Shown: in pieces, positions 41,575 to 52,200 of the stretch | Layout of the letters: every line of letters starts with the position of its first letter | Position numbering within the stretch: the stretch's first letter is position 1 | Origin: Myxococcota bacterium | GTDB taxonomy: Bacteria; Myxococcota_A; SURF-8 | Assembly: GCA_963674735.2 (NCBI GenBank) | Contig: CAXXQS010000001.1 | Coordinates: 736,001 to 800,000, forward strand | Reading direction: 5' to 3' | Length of the DNA: 64,000 bases | Notes under the pieces: generated by a model | What the model was told of the DNA's origin: nothing | The model's input: the letters and a program-made list of their open reading frames with translations, nothing else | Database searches by the model: none | Position numbers and translations under genes: made by a program

Positions 41575-43662
41575 TTATTCCGTTTTGGGCGGAGTTTCGT
41601 TTTCTTCGAAAATCGGGAACAGCAAACTGAAGATGGTGCCGTTTCCGACTTCGCTGGACACTTTGATGTCGCCGCCGTATTGCGTGATGATGCGATAAGA
41701 AACGTGCAACCCCATGCCGGTGCCTTTGCCGGTGGGTTTGGTGGTGAAAAGCGGTGTGAAAATGCGCTCCAGATGTTCGTCGGCGATGCCGTGCCCGGTG
41801 TCTTCGACTTCAGCCAAAACGAAGCGCGAGTCCTGCGGTTTGAGGCGCAAGGTCAGCTTGCCGCGACCTTCCATCGCATCGATGGCGTTGACGATCAGGT
41901 TGATGAACACCTGCTGATACTGGCCGCGATTGCCGCGCACCTGGGCAACCGGTTCGAAATCGCGCTTGACGATGATATCGCCGAAATTCCGCGTATGGTA
42001 GGAAAGCTCCAGCGATTCTTTGATGATTTCAACCAGATCGATGGGATTGGCGACCACCGTTTCATCTTCTTTCATGGAACGGGCGTATTTGGAAAGCCCA
42101 CGCACGATTTCAGCCATGCGATTGACATACTTCACGATGTCGCGCGTGGCGCTCTGGACGGTCAGCTTGTTATCAATATGGCGTAAAATGTGTTGCGACT
42201 TGAGCAGGAGCGCCTGAAGCGGATTGTTGATTTCGTGCGCCACACCGGCGGCCAGAATACCGATACCGGCCAGCTTTTCCGACTGGACCAACTGGAAATG
42301 CATGGACTTCACTTCATCGAGAGAATTTTCCAGCTCTTTCGTGCGCTCGGCCACCATGCGTTCCAAATTGTCGACGTAGCGCCGCAGTTGGCGTTCCATG
42401 ATTTTCTTGTCGGTGATGTCGTGCAACACACCGATGACATGCGGTTCGTCGCGCATCTCGACCGGCTGGGCTTTGCATTCGACAACCGCTTTTTTGGCGT
42501 CCTTGCGGGCGATCAGAAATTCGACCGGCTTGATATAGCGTCCCGTTTTGACGTTTTCCCACCACGCCTGCGCCTTGGCGTCGTTGCGCTTGACGATGAG
42601 ATCGAGCACCGGACGGCCCTTGAGTTCCTGGCGGGTGAAACCCGTGATATTGGCGAAGGCCTTGTTGACGAAGATGAGTTCGTTGCCCTTGGCGATGAAG
42701 TACCCTTCGTTGATGTCTTCGACCAGATGGCGATAGCGTTCTTCCGATTCGTCGAGATCGCGGGAACGTTCGGCGAGAATCTGTTGCAGATCGTTGGTGT
42801 AGCGCAGAAGTTGTTCCTGGAGCTGGCGCTGCTCCGACATATCGCGCCCGACGGCCAGGTAACCGAGTATTTCCCCCTTTGCCGAGCGAATCTGGGTAAT
42901 GGCCACCTGCACGGTGAGCTCATGTCCGTCTTTGTGGCGGTAGGGGACTTCTCCCGAAAAGTACTGGGCGCTGAGTATCTCTTCACGCACTTTGTCCATT
43001 GAGCCTTCGGTGTTGAAGGCTTCGGAGTGAAGCACTTCGGGACCGCGTCCCATGACCTCGACGGGATCGTAGCCAAGCAGTTGCTGGGCGGTGTAGCTGA
43101 ATTGTTGGATCCGATTGTCGCTGTCGAGAAGAATGGAGAAATACTCGCTGCGCAGATTCAGCAGAGAGTCGACCACCGAATTGGCGTGAGCGGTTTCCGT
43201 TTCGAGGTCAGTCAGGCGTTTCTGGATCAGGGCGGTTTCATTCTTTTGATGTTCGACCGCTCGTGTGTAGACCTGTTCGAAAAGCCGGTTGCGTGTGAGG
43301 TGAAACCAATCGTCCAGCAGACGAATGTGTTTCTGGTAGAACTTCAGCCGCTCTTTCGAATTGATGAAGCGGGCGAAGGTGTGCTTGAGATTTTCCAGCC
43401 CCTGCAAAAAGGTGAATATCGTTGCGACTTTGCGCTCGCCTTTAAGCGAGTAGGCGATCTGGAAAAGAGAGGCCACCATGTAGCGGCGATCATCTTCATT
43501 AACCGCTCGCATCATGGCGTCGAGCAGGCTCTCCGCGATATCATTGAGTGCCAGAGGGTCCAACTGGCCGTTGTCTGAAAGAAAATTTTCCAGATCGGTA
43601 ATCAGGTCGTCCCGATGGGCGAGATAAATGCGATTTAGTAGTGGAGCGATTTGATGAGTCAC
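41575..43662 (-). CDS. Sensor histidine kinase with two PAS domains
   Basis: AHEINNPL H-box, NAIDA, DTGHG and GTGMGL; two PAS/PAC segments; no TM segments. Confidence 0.93.
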   Translation of the reverse strand: MTHQIAPLLNRIYLAHRDDLITDLENFLSDNGQLDPLALNDIAESLLDAMMRAVNEDDRRYMVASLFQIAYSLKGERKVATIFTFLQGLENLKHTFARFINSKERLKFYQKHIRLLDDWFHLTRNRLFEQVYTRAVEHQKNETALIQKRLTDLETETAHANSVVDSLLNLRSEYFSILLDSDNRIQQFSYTAQQLLGYDPVEVMGRGPEVLHSEAFNTEGSMDKVREEILSAQYFSGEVPYRHKDGHELTVQVAITQIRSAKGEILGYLAVGRDMSEQRQLQEQLLRYTNDLQQILAERSRDLDESEERYRHLVEDINEGYFIAKGNELIFVNKAFANITGFTRQELKGRPVLDLIVKRNDAKAQAWWENVKTGRYIKPVEFLIARKDAKKAVVECKAQPVEMRDEPHVIGVLHDITDKKIMERQLRRYVDNLERMVAERTKELENSLDEVKSMHFQLVQSEKLAGIGILAAGVAHEINNPLQALLLKSQHILRHIDNKLTVQSATRDIVKYVNRMAEIVRGLSKYARSMKEDETVVANPIDLVEIIKESLELSYHTRNFGDIIVKRDFEPVAQVRGNRGQYQQVFINLIVNAIDAMEGRGKLTLRLKPQDSRFVLAEVEDTGHGIADEHLERIFTPLFTTKPTGKGTGMGLHVSYRIITQYGGDIKVSSEVGNGTIFSLLFPIFEENETPPKTE

Positions 43663-43794
43663 GCGTCCTCTAGTGGCAAATAGAAATCTGAATTCCTGTC
43701 AAAAACTACATGGTTAAAACGAATTTGTCCAGATAAAGCAAAGTCGCCTTTGGAAGGCGACTTTGAGACGAGACGTATCGGATGCGGCGTCAGC

Positions 43795-44775
43795 TCATTG
43801 AGTGGCTTCGCCTTTATAGTAACTCTGTTCTTTGATGAAGCGCTCTTTTTGGTATTTCGGAATCTGGTAGACTTTGGTGTCGCCCTTCAGCATCACCCAA
43901 ACGAGCCGTTTTTGTTCGTCTTCATTGCCGAATAACAGGGTTTGGCTTTCACCGGTTTTCCGTGTGACGGTCAGCGACGCTTCCGGTTTATCGAGTCCAT
44001 AACCGGTCAGACCGGCGGGTTTCTCGACGATATCCGACCAGCGCAAGCGGAACAGGGAACCGAGCATCCCGTCTAGCCGAGCGGTATCGACGGGGAAATC
44101 GGCCTTTTGGTCGCATACCCAACCGGCGGGGACGGCCGCCTCGCCTTCAGTAGCCTCTTTTGCTTCGTTGAAGGTGAACCCGTAAGTGGTCTTTTTCACG
44201 GAAAAAGAAATATTCTTAACGTCGTCTTTGGTCAGACTGCCGTCGAACAGCGATTTGTCGCGCCAGTCCTGGACGGATTTTTTGAAGCCGGAACCCAAAG
44301 TCAGCTTGGAGGCATAGACCGTATCGGAATCGGGCAAGCGCAGGAAGTTCGAACGGAAATCGGGTGTGTTCTTCCCGACGATCAGCGTCAGGATTTCCCG
44401 GCCCTGTGAAAGCGCCTTAACGTGCGAGCCTTCCTCGTCTACGGAAAACTGACTATGCTTGTCTTTGTTTTCGGAGACGACGCGATCGAGCGAAACCTCG
44501 GCGAGTTTGTCGACGATCAGCGAGGAGAAGCTCTTGTCGGCCTTATACTCGGCCGGGGAGGTGATGAACCAGTCGTCGCCGCGTTTTTCGAAGGTGATGG
44601 CCTCGGTTTTGTTGACGATTTCGATCTTGTCGACCGCATCGGCACTCAGTTCCGGCAGGACCGGTAGAGCGGATGTCTCCGGAGTTTCGTAGGGATCTTC
44701 CTGCAGCAAAATGACCAGTCCAAGCAGGATAACGAAAATGACGATTGCGAGAAACGTTTTACTCTTCAAGAACAT
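43795..44775 (-). CDS. DUF4340-like protein of Gld-type ABC operons
   Basis: N-terminal anchor, WRDKSL, YGLDKP; operon context. Confidence 0.75.
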   Translation of the reverse strand: MFLKSKTFLAIVIFVILLGLVILLQEDPYETPETSALPVLPELSADAVDKIEIVNKTEAITFEKRGDDWFITSPAEYKADKSFSSLIVDKLAEVSLDRVVSENKDKHSQFSVDEEGSHVKALSQGREILTLIVGKNTPDFRSNFLRLPDSDTVYASKLTLGSGFKKSVQDWRDKSLFDGSLTKDDVKNISFSVKKTTYGFTFNEAKEATEGEAAVPAGWVCDQKADFPVDTARLDGMLGSLFRLRWSDIVEKPAGLTGYGLDKPEASLTVTRKTGESQTLLFGNEDEQKRLVWVMLKGDTKVYQIPKYQKERFIKEQSYYKGEATQ

Positions 44776-44808
44776 GGGAACTCCCCGTTTATCGGATAGA
44801 TTCCAAAG

Positions 44809-46401
44809 TTATACCGCCAGTTGAACGCCCTTCCGGCGGGCGCGACGCAAGGTCCAGCGAAGCAAACCGAACAGGATAAACAGAATCGGGACGCCGATCA
44901 TGTTCATGTACTTGACAAGGCCTTTTTCCCAACTCTCCAACTCGGCGATGGGTTTGCTCGTGATGCCGCGGCTGCGGATCGTAATCAACGCCTCGTCTTG
45001 CAGAAGCCAGTCGATGGTGTTGATGAGGAACACCAGGTTCTGCGGGTCGGTGGTCTGATCCTGGGCGAAGGAGCCGTCGCCGATGACGAGAATGCGCGTA
45101 TCCGGGCTCTGTTTCAGGATGTCGTCGGGGTTGGACATGTAGGGTTTGTCCGCTGCGGAGGAGTCGATCTTATCGGCGAAATAGCTCGTGAAGCGTCCTT
45201 TGGCCATGGCCATGAGCGGAAACGGTCCGGTTTTGGACGTGCCCATGGGAGACAGATTTTCCATCGGGTTGAGCTTGTACATGCCTGTTTGCAGCCAACT
45301 GCGTTCCGAGGAACGCCCGAGCACGGTGTAAGTCAGGTCCGGTTTGTCGGCGGCGATCTCCAAGGAGCTGACGAAGCTGAAGGACAGGGCATCGAGGGTG
45401 TTGGTGAGCGAACTGTCGCGGTCGAAATCGGTGACGACCGGAATCAGCGGGTAGTTGATGACGTTGGTCATGCGGAACATGCCCTGCTGACTGGCGACGT
45501 TGATGCGCTTGTTCTGCAGATCGAGAACCAGATCATCATTGACGGTGATGCCGTAGTGCTTCAGCAGGACATCCAGCCCGTTGTCGATATTGGTTCCATG
45601 GAAGTTGCGCAAATCGACGTTGACTTTGTCCGTCAAAAAGGCGATGGTGCGCCCCTTCATCAGGAACTGGTCGATGCGGAAAAGCTCTTCGTCGGTCAGC
45701 TTTTCCGTGGGGTTGACGATCAACAGGGTGTCCATTTCGTCATTGATGGCGTTTCCTTCTAGGGCATTGACCATCTCGACTTTGTAGGCCTTTTGGAGCT
45801 CGCCCATAAGCTGGCGCATGGTTTCGTTCGGATTCGGCTCGCCATGGCCTTGCAGGAAGCCCACAACCGATAGCTTTTCGCTGGTAAGCTTGCGGATCGT
45901 CGAGGTGAATTCGTATTCCAGTCCGGTGGTGGATTTCACAACCGGGATGACTTCTTTGCGGTCGGCATAATAGAAGGCAATGCCGAGAAAGGCCTGCTTG
46001 ACCTGGAATTTATCATCTTGAATTTCCTGAATTTGAACGGGCGGGATGCCGAGCATCATCAGGTTGGTTTTCTCGGTTTCGTCTTCGCCGGGATCGATGA
46101 ATTCGAAGGTGAAGCGGCCTTTGGAGTAGGCGGCATATTCCTCGAACAGGTCTTTCACGAATGTGGTGTGGGAGTTGTAGGGCGCGGGCAGATCCGACGT
46201 GAAGTAGGCCTTGGCGTGCACCTTGTCGTCCAGGTTCTTCATGATGTTCCGACTGGCGTCCGACAGCGAATACATGCCGTTTTCCGTTAGATCCAGGCGG
46301 CCGAACAGGCGTACCGATACCAGGTTGACCAGGACCAGAATGCCGACGACCGTCAGAATGAACAAGCCGATGGAGGCCTGCGTTTTGACATTGTGTTTCA
46401 T
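44809..46401 (-). CDS. GldG-family ABC auxiliary component
   Basis: DLTENGMYSLS, GFLQGHGE, IDQFLMKG and NTIDWL motifs. Confidence 0.88.
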   Translation of the reverse strand: MKHNVKTQASIGLFILTVVGILVLVNLVSVRLFGRLDLTENGMYSLSDASRNIMKNLDDKVHAKAYFTSDLPAPYNSHTTFVKDLFEEYAAYSKGRFTFEFIDPGEDETEKTNLMMLGIPPVQIQEIQDDKFQVKQAFLGIAFYYADRKEVIPVVKSTTGLEYEFTSTIRKLTSEKLSVVGFLQGHGEPNPNETMRQLMGELQKAYKVEMVNALEGNAINDEMDTLLIVNPTEKLTDEELFRIDQFLMKGRTIAFLTDKVNVDLRNFHGTNIDNGLDVLLKHYGITVNDDLVLDLQNKRINVASQQGMFRMTNVINYPLIPVVTDFDRDSSLTNTLDALSFSFVSSLEIAADKPDLTYTVLGRSSERSWLQTGMYKLNPMENLSPMGTSKTGPFPLMAMAKGRFTSYFADKIDSSAADKPYMSNPDDILKQSPDTRILVIGDGSFAQDQTTDPQNLVFLINTIDWLLQDEALITIRSRGITSKPIAELESWEKGLVKYMNMIGVPILFILFGLLRWTLRRARRKGVQLAV

Positions 46402-46434
46402 CTGACTCTTCCTCTTGTCTCCAGGCCGTCAAGC

Positions 46435-47157
46435 CTATTTGATTCGTTCGCTTTCAAGGGCGTGCACCGAAAACATCAAAAACATGCTGATGAAGGTCGC
46501 GTAGTAAATCAGGTCGCGGGTATCGATCACGCCGCGTGCGATGTTGTTGAAGTGGTAATCGATCGATAAAAACTGCAGGGTCGAAGCCATGAAAGCCGGC
46601 GCGAACATGAGCACTTTGTCCAGGATAAATACCACGAAACACAGCGCGAGGCCGACGATGAAGGCCACGATCTGATTCCGGCTGATCGAGGAGCAGAACA
46701 TGCCCAGCGCCAGATAACCGCCTCCAAGCAGCATCAATCCCAGATAACCGCCGATCACCGGGCCCCAGTCGAGATCGCCCAGGAAGCTGATGGTGATGGG
46801 GTAGGTGAGGGTGAGCAGACCGGCGACGGCCAGCAGACCGAAGGCGGCCAGATATTTTCCGAGAATGATGGAGGTGCTGGACATCGGCAGAGTAACCAGC
46901 AATTCCAACGTTCCGGTTTTGCGCTCTTCGGAAATTAAACGCATCGTGATGGCCGGTGCGAAGAAAATGAACAGGGTCGGCGTGATGCCGAACAACCCGC
47001 GCAAGGTGGTTTCGCCGACCAGGAAGAATTGTTGAAAGAACAGCCAGCCGGTGATCAGGAGAAACACCGTGATGACGATATAGGCGATCGGCGAATTGAA
47101 ATAGCTGGCAAATTCGCGTTTGAAGATCGCCCAAGTGGTTTTGATGGTCTGTTGCAT
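46435..47157 (-). CDS. GldF-like ABC-2 permease
   Basis: YFNSPIAY, EERKTGTLELL and RGVIDTRD motifs. Confidence 0.88.
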   Translation of the reverse strand: MQQTIKTTWAIFKREFASYFNSPIAYIVITVFLLITGWLFFQQFFLVGETTLRGLFGITPTLFIFFAPAITMRLISEERKTGTLELLVTLPMSSTSIILGKYLAAFGLLAVAGLLTLTYPITISFLGDLDWGPVIGGYLGLMLLGGGYLALGMFCSSISRNQIVAFIVGLALCFVVFILDKVLMFAPAFMASTLQFLSIDYHFNNIARGVIDTRDLIYYATFISMFLMFSVHALESERIK

Positions 47158-47172
47158 CGGAACCTCTCGCGG

Positions 47173-48102
47173 CTATTGAACCGTCAGTTTGCGGAATACG
47201 TCTTCAAAGCTGACCGTTTCGCTGTGCAGCTCAAGCAGTGTCCAGCCCTTGTCGACGGCCAATTGGAAAACTTTGCCCCGGATATCGTGGATCTTTTTCG
47301 TTTCCAGCGTGAAAACCGGATGTCCGTCGATGTCGGGGCGTGCGGCGACATTTTCAACGAAATCGACGCTCTTCAGAATCTCAGCGGTCCCGTCGTAGGG
47401 CTTGTCGAGCTGAAGGGTGATGACGGTGTTGCTTTGATCGCGCTCCAGCAATTCCGAAGGGGTGCCGTCGGCGACCAGGCTGCCGTTATTGATGATGATC
47501 ACGCGGTTGCAGGTGGCGGTGACCTCCGGCAGAATATGCGTGGACAAAATCACGGTTTTCTCTTTGCCGATTTCCCGGATCAGATTTCGGATTTCCACGA
47601 TCTGGTTGGGATCGAGACCGGAGGTCGGTTCGTCGAGGATCAAGACCTCGGGGTCGTGAATCATGGCCTGGGCCAGGCCGACACGTTGCCGATATCCGCG
47701 GGATAACTGGCTGATGTCTTTGGCCACGACATCTTTCAGCCCGCAGACCTTGATCATCTCGGCAAGCTTGGATTTCTTCTGACTTGCCGGGATGTCGCGG
47801 ATTTCGGCGATGTAATTGAGATACTCAATCACCATCATGTCTTCGTAAAGCGGGAAGCTTTCCGGGACATAGCCGATCAGCTTTTTGGTTGCCATGGGAT
47901 CCTGGGCGCAGTCGATACCCTTGATGGTGGTTTTGCCTGCGGTCGGCTGCAAGTAGCCCGTAATGATCTTCATGGTGGTGGTTTTGCCGGCACCGTTGGG
48001 GCCTAGGAACCCCAAAATCTCGCCGTGTTGCACCTCGAAGCTGATGTTGTCCACGGCTGTGACCGGCCCATATTTTTTCGTTAGATTCACTACCGAAATC
48101 AT
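47173..48102 (-). CDS. GldA-like ABC ATP-binding protein
   Basis: GPNGAGKTT, LSRGYRQR and LDEPTSGLDP motifs. Confidence 0.92.
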   Translation of the reverse strand: MISVVNLTKKYGPVTAVDNISFEVQHGEILGFLGPNGAGKTTTMKIITGYLQPTAGKTTIKGIDCAQDPMATKKLIGYVPESFPLYEDMMVIEYLNYIAEIRDIPASQKKSKLAEMIKVCGLKDVVAKDISQLSRGYRQRVGLAQAMIHDPEVLILDEPTSGLDPNQIVEIRNLIREIGKEKTVILSTHILPEVTATCNRVIIINNGSLVADGTPSELLERDQSNTVITLQLDKPYDGTAEILKSVDFVENVAARPDIDGHPVFTLETKKIHDIRGKVFQLAVDKGWTLLELHSETVSFEDVFRKLTVQ

Positions 48103-48327
48103 TCTGGCCTTCTCTCTTGGATTGTTGCCAACAATTGCTTTAAGTTCTCTAAAGAACTATAGAAAATCCATTCAGCATGAGTGAACAGGTAACTATCAAG
48201 AAATATTCCAACTGTCAAATATTTTCCATAAACATTTGCCTTTTGCTAGAATATTCGTACAGTATTCGGGGATCGGATTTACCGCCAGCCTTTATTTGTC
48301 TACCTAAGCTAGGTAAGCTGCTGGCTT

Positions 48328-49503
48328 ATGCCTATTTTTAAGGACAAGATCTTGATGACGAAAAAGGACGACAATAACCAATCCCAAGGTGTTCGCCTAG
48401 ACAGCACATCGTTGCCGCCCACGATCGACTTGGGTTTGGCGGAGGGGACGCCGCGATCGGCTAAAGAATCCCCATTGCGCGATTACGCACGTGTGTTCGA
48501 TGCTCTTCCCGATTCGGCCGTTGTCTTGAATCTGGACGGCAACATCGAGGCGATCAACCGGAATTTCCGCTTGATCACCGGCTGTACCGAAAAGCAAATT
48601 GTCGGGCGTTCTTTTTCGGAGTTCATTGTCTCGAAAACGCAGGCGGAGAACGGGCAGAAAAAAGCGGTCGAACGTTATATCATCCAATCGATTCTAGAAG
48701 AAAACGTGTCGACTTACGCGTTCGATCTGGAGCTCAAAGACCGGGACGGCAAACCCATTCCCGTCAATTTCTCCGGCTCCCCTATCTTGAACGAGGATGG
48801 AAATATCGTCGGAATCGTCGGCATCGGACGCGATTTGACCGAAACCCGCAACATGATGGAAAAGCTCGAACGTGCCGAAACCCTGGCTCAGGATTACAGC
48901 TCGCGCCTGGAAGATCAGATGGGCGAGCGCATGGCGGAAATCAAGGAGCGCACCCGTATTCTGGAAGAGCTGTCGGTAACCGACGAACTCACCAAGCTTT
49001 ACAATCGACGATACGTTTTCAAACGGCTATTTGAAGAATTGCATCGCTCGAACCGCTACGGGAATCCGTTTTCTCTGGTGGCCCTGGACATCGATCACTT
49101 CAAAGTCATCAACGACACCTATGGTCACCAGGCCGGGGATATGGTTCTCTATGAGCTTTCCGGTATTTTGCGGGGTTCGATCCGGCAGACCGATGTCGTG
49201 GCCCGCACCGGCGGCGAAGAATTCATGATTATGCTGCCCTCCATTCGGGAAGGGCACGGTTATCTGTTCTGCGAGCGCTTACGCGAGAAGGTGAAAGCCT
49301 TCCAGTTCACCTATCTTCCGGAAGGCGTACATCCGACCATTTCCATGGGGATTGCCGACTACCCGCGTGATGGCGTGCATTCCATCGACGATTTGATCCG
49401 CCTTTCCGACAATGCCTTGTACAAGGCCAAGGAAACCCGCAATACCACCATTTGCGCATCGAATGTCAAAGATGACGCAATCGAGACGGTTCGCGATAAA
49501 TAA
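48328..49503 (+). CDS. PAS-GGDEF diguanylate cyclase
   Basis: TDELT, DIDHFK, RQTD I-site and GGEEF active site. Confidence 0.93.
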   Translation: MPIFKDKILMTKKDDNNQSQGVRLDSTSLPPTIDLGLAEGTPRSAKESPLRDYARVFDALPDSAVVLNLDGNIEAINRNFRLITGCTEKQIVGRSFSEFIVSKTQAENGQKKAVERYIIQSILEENVSTYAFDLELKDRDGKPIPVNFSGSPILNEDGNIVGIVGIGRDLTETRNMMEKLERAETLAQDYSSRLEDQMGERMAEIKERTRILEELSVTDELTKLYNRRYVFKRLFEELHRSNRYGNPFSLVALDIDHFKVINDTYGHQAGDMVLYELSGILRGSIRQTDVVARTGGEEFMIMLPSIREGHGYLFCERLREKVKAFQFTYLPEGVHPTISMGIADYPRDGVHSIDDLIRLSDNALYKAKETRNTTICASNVKDDAIETVRDK

Positions 49504-49581
49504 AGCGTTTGAAATGCTCTCCGAATAAAAGCGTCTTGAAGCCATCTCAAAAATGGTCCCGATGAGGGACGCATATCGGAA

Positions 49582-49757
49582 TGCCTTGCCCCCCAAAAGC
49601 TGGACCGCTGATGTGTTAGAATCCTCCGATGATTCAAGGAGGGATTCTGATGAAAGGAAAGCGGTTTTCGGACGAGCAGATCGTGACGATCTTGGAGGAA
49701 GCGGAATGCAAGATCGCGACGGTGCAGGAGATCTGCCGCAAGCACGGCGCGACCTGA
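49582..49757 (+). mobile_element. IS3-family left-end remnant with truncated orfA
   Basis: TGCCTTGCCCCCCAAAAGCTGGACC end; ATG 49650 encodes MKGKRFSDEQIVTILEEAECKIATVQEICRKHG, joined directly to Rhs sequence. Confidence 0.75.
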
Positions 49758-50244
49758 ACAGGTTGTGACCGGCCAAGGCGAGGTGCTGTGGGAGGCCACC
49801 TACGGCGTTTACAACTGGCACCGGACGTACATCCCCGAACTCGGCATCTACACCAGCCTCGACCCGCTCTTCCAGAACCCCGGTGCGCTGTATGGGTATG
49901 CTGGAACAAATCCGGTTTGGAACGTGGATCCGGAGGGGAGAAATGCATGGGTCATAGGATTTATTGGAACATATATTGTTGGAAAAGCTGCTTTTGCTGG
50001 TTATGATGAATACAATAAGAGTGATAGTACGTGGGAATCTGTTGTAAAGGCATCAGCAAAAGGGGCCGGGATGGCGGTGCTTACAGTGGCTGGGTTTAAA
50101 TTTAATCGGGGTGTTGGCTTCGTGTTACTCATTACGGATGCTTTAATAACGGCAACGGATGTTGCCTTTCGTGAAGTGGAAGTTGGAGGTGATCTAAAAT
50201 CGGAAGATGTTGGTGAAGACGGTGATGAAAATTGTGATTATTAA
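49750..50244 (+). pseudogene. Orphan Rhs core fragment plus C-terminal toxin-like domain (module 1)
   Basis: YNWHRTYIPELGIYTSLDP...YGYAGTNP...DPEG, then a lower-GC C-terminal tail. Confidence 0.85.
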
Positions 50245-50262
50245 GTATTGAGAGCAGCGATC

Positions 50263-50667
50263 ATGGTAGTGAAAAAGTTTCATATCAGAGGAAACTGGGG
50301 AATGATAACGATATTGATTCTCGTTATTTCAATTCTTCTATGTGATGTGTTCAGTAATGAAATAATATTGCCTTATGTATTTAGCATAAAGATGTTGCAA
50401 TCGGCATTATTTATATTGTATGGTATATTATCCTTACTAATTCTATTTACACATAATATTTATGTTCATACTGATAATGTGGTCGAGTTTGTTGATTTGA
50501 TTTCTAGAAAACGGATTAGTATTGACTCAATAAAGGGATTTCATTCTAAAAAAGGCCTTATTCTTTTCAGTGGCAGAAAAGTTAAGTATTTTTTCCCACG
50601 GCTACAATACTATCCCAAGAAAGATTTTCATGAATGGATAGATAAGACTTTCACAAAATTAGATTAA
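50263..50667 (+). CDS. Putative immunity protein for Rhs module 1 (2 TM)
   Basis: Very AT-rich ORF immediately after the Rhs C-terminal domain. Confidence 0.6.
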   Translation: MVVKKFHIRGNWGMITILILVISILLCDVFSNEIILPYVFSIKMLQSALFILYGILSLLILFTHNIYVHTDNVVEFVDLISRKRISIDSIKGFHSKKGLILFSGRKVKYFFPRLQYYPKKDFHEWIDKTFTKLD

Positions 50668-50824
50668 CCTTGGCCTTGACATTCAGCTATGATTTTGTTA
50701 GCTTCCATCAAAATTACGAGAAATACCCACGATCCAACATGGAGCGTTATTTGCGGCTACTAAAACCATCGGTATGCTGAGAAGAATAACCAGCAAAGTG
50801 AACAAGATGTAATAAAATTACAAA

Positions 50825-51241
50825 ATGTTTTCATTCTCCAATCCATACTTAGTTGCGCTTGGAATACCGGCCATATTATTGGCGTCAGGTGCTTTTGCAA
50901 AAAAACTGGCAAGAGGCTCATCTTGGGAGCGTTTTGATTTCTTTCTTGGAGTGGAATTCACTTTGGCAGCGATGTCATCCGCTCTCATTTATATATTTGA
51001 TTTATCTAAAATTGGTTCAACTAGTAATCCCATTCCCGTATCCTTGATGAATAAATTTGCTGCGACGGCAGTATTTATTTCACTGTCCTTTTTTTTGTTG
51101 CTTTATATACTGTCCACACACCAAGACTGGCAAAGGCGAAATAATAATCCTCGCGGTCAAATATTCTGGTTAGGTGTGATTGCTAATATTATCGGTGCAG
51201 GCCTCCTTGCGACCTTTGTATTGCTTGTTAAGGGGGTATAA
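50825..51241 (+). CDS. 4-TM membrane protein of unknown function
   Basis: 138 aa, four hydrophobic helices, AT-rich; 4 nt upstream of the TIR gene. Confidence 0.75.
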   Translation: MFSFSNPYLVALGIPAILLASGAFAKKLARGSSWERFDFFLGVEFTLAAMSSALIYIFDLSKIGSTSNPIPVSLMNKFAATAVFISLSFFLLLYILSTHQDWQRRNNNPRGQIFWLGVIANIIGAGLLATFVLLVKGV

Positions 51242-51245
51242 TGCA

Positions 51246-51857
51246 ATGAAACGCGATTTAATAGATAAATTTAGCAGCTTTACCAGCATCACCGGTTTAG
51301 TTATTGCGTTATTATCAGTGACACTTGATGCTCAATTCGCAAATGATTCGAACTCTCTAATGCTATCATTTATGATTGCCGCTTCAGCCATAGCTGCAAT
51401 CGGAGCATACACAAAAATATTCTCTGGAAGAAGAAGACCTAAAACAGGCAAAGGCCGAATATTTTTGATCTACGCAAAGGAAGACACGGAAAGAATTGAG
51501 AAAATATATGATGAATTAAAGAGATCAGGACTTAAGCCGTGGCTTGACACCCATGATATTCTTCCAGGTCAAGATTGGAAACAAACGATCACCGAAGCAC
51601 TTAAAGAATCTGATCTAGCACTTGCTTGTCTGTCAAAAGCCTCAGTCAGTAAAAAAGGTTTTGTTCAATCGGAACTGAAAATAGCTCTTGATATTTTAGA
51701 AGAACGATCTCGGGGAGTAAGCCCTGTTATTCCCGTACGCTTGGAGGAAACTGAAGTCCCCGAGCGACTTAAAAACTTGCAATGGATTGATTTGTTCGAG
51801 AATGGTAATATCATGAAATTAAAAACGGCGATAGAGAAAGCTTCAGCCATGGGCTGA
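51246..51857 (+). CDS. Membrane-anchored TIR-domain protein (2TM-TIR)
   Basis: Two N-terminal TMs, then IFLIYAKED, PWLD...ILPGQDW, CLSKAS...GFVQSE, VIPVRLE and QWIDL. Confidence 0.9.
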   Translation: MKRDLIDKFSSFTSITGLVIALLSVTLDAQFANDSNSLMLSFMIAASAIAAIGAYTKIFSGRRRPKTGKGRIFLIYAKEDTERIEKIYDELKRSGLKPWLDTHDILPGQDWKQTITEALKESDLALACLSKASVSKKGFVQSELKIALDILEERSRGVSPVIPVRLEETEVPERLKNLQWIDLFENGNIMKLKTAIEKASAMG

Positions 51858-52128
51858 ACTATGAAATTTAATTCGATCATTTATCGCGCTACTTTTCTGG
51901 GACGATAATTTCGCCGGAGGTATACGTTGAATACCAAATCAAGACGAAAGATAATGCAGTGCTCCCCGTTGTATGGACCACCTGATAAGTTAGAATCCGG
52001 GTTGCGAATGAGCCATGCGGCTCGACCGTTTGAATCGTAGCACAAATCACCTTTCCGATCATCCTTTTCGTGATACATTTATCGCACCCGTCCTGAGGAT
52101 AGGGCTCCGCTGGAGAACGACCCGAGCG

Positions 52129-52200
52129 GCGGGTGGTCGTGACAACCCCTGACCTTTGAATGACGAATGGGTGGCATGGGCTAAGCGCAGCTTGCCCATG
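52129..52200. repeat. 72-bp junction element, copy A
   Basis: About 62/72 identical to 53104-53175; ends in the hairpin CATGGGCTAAGC-GCA-GCTTGCCCATG. Confidence 0.85.

Noticed and set aside
43795-48102. Bacteroidota-type gliding machinery as a novelty
   Set aside because: GldA/F/G-like ABC operons with DUF4340 are widespread and do not by themselves imply gliding.
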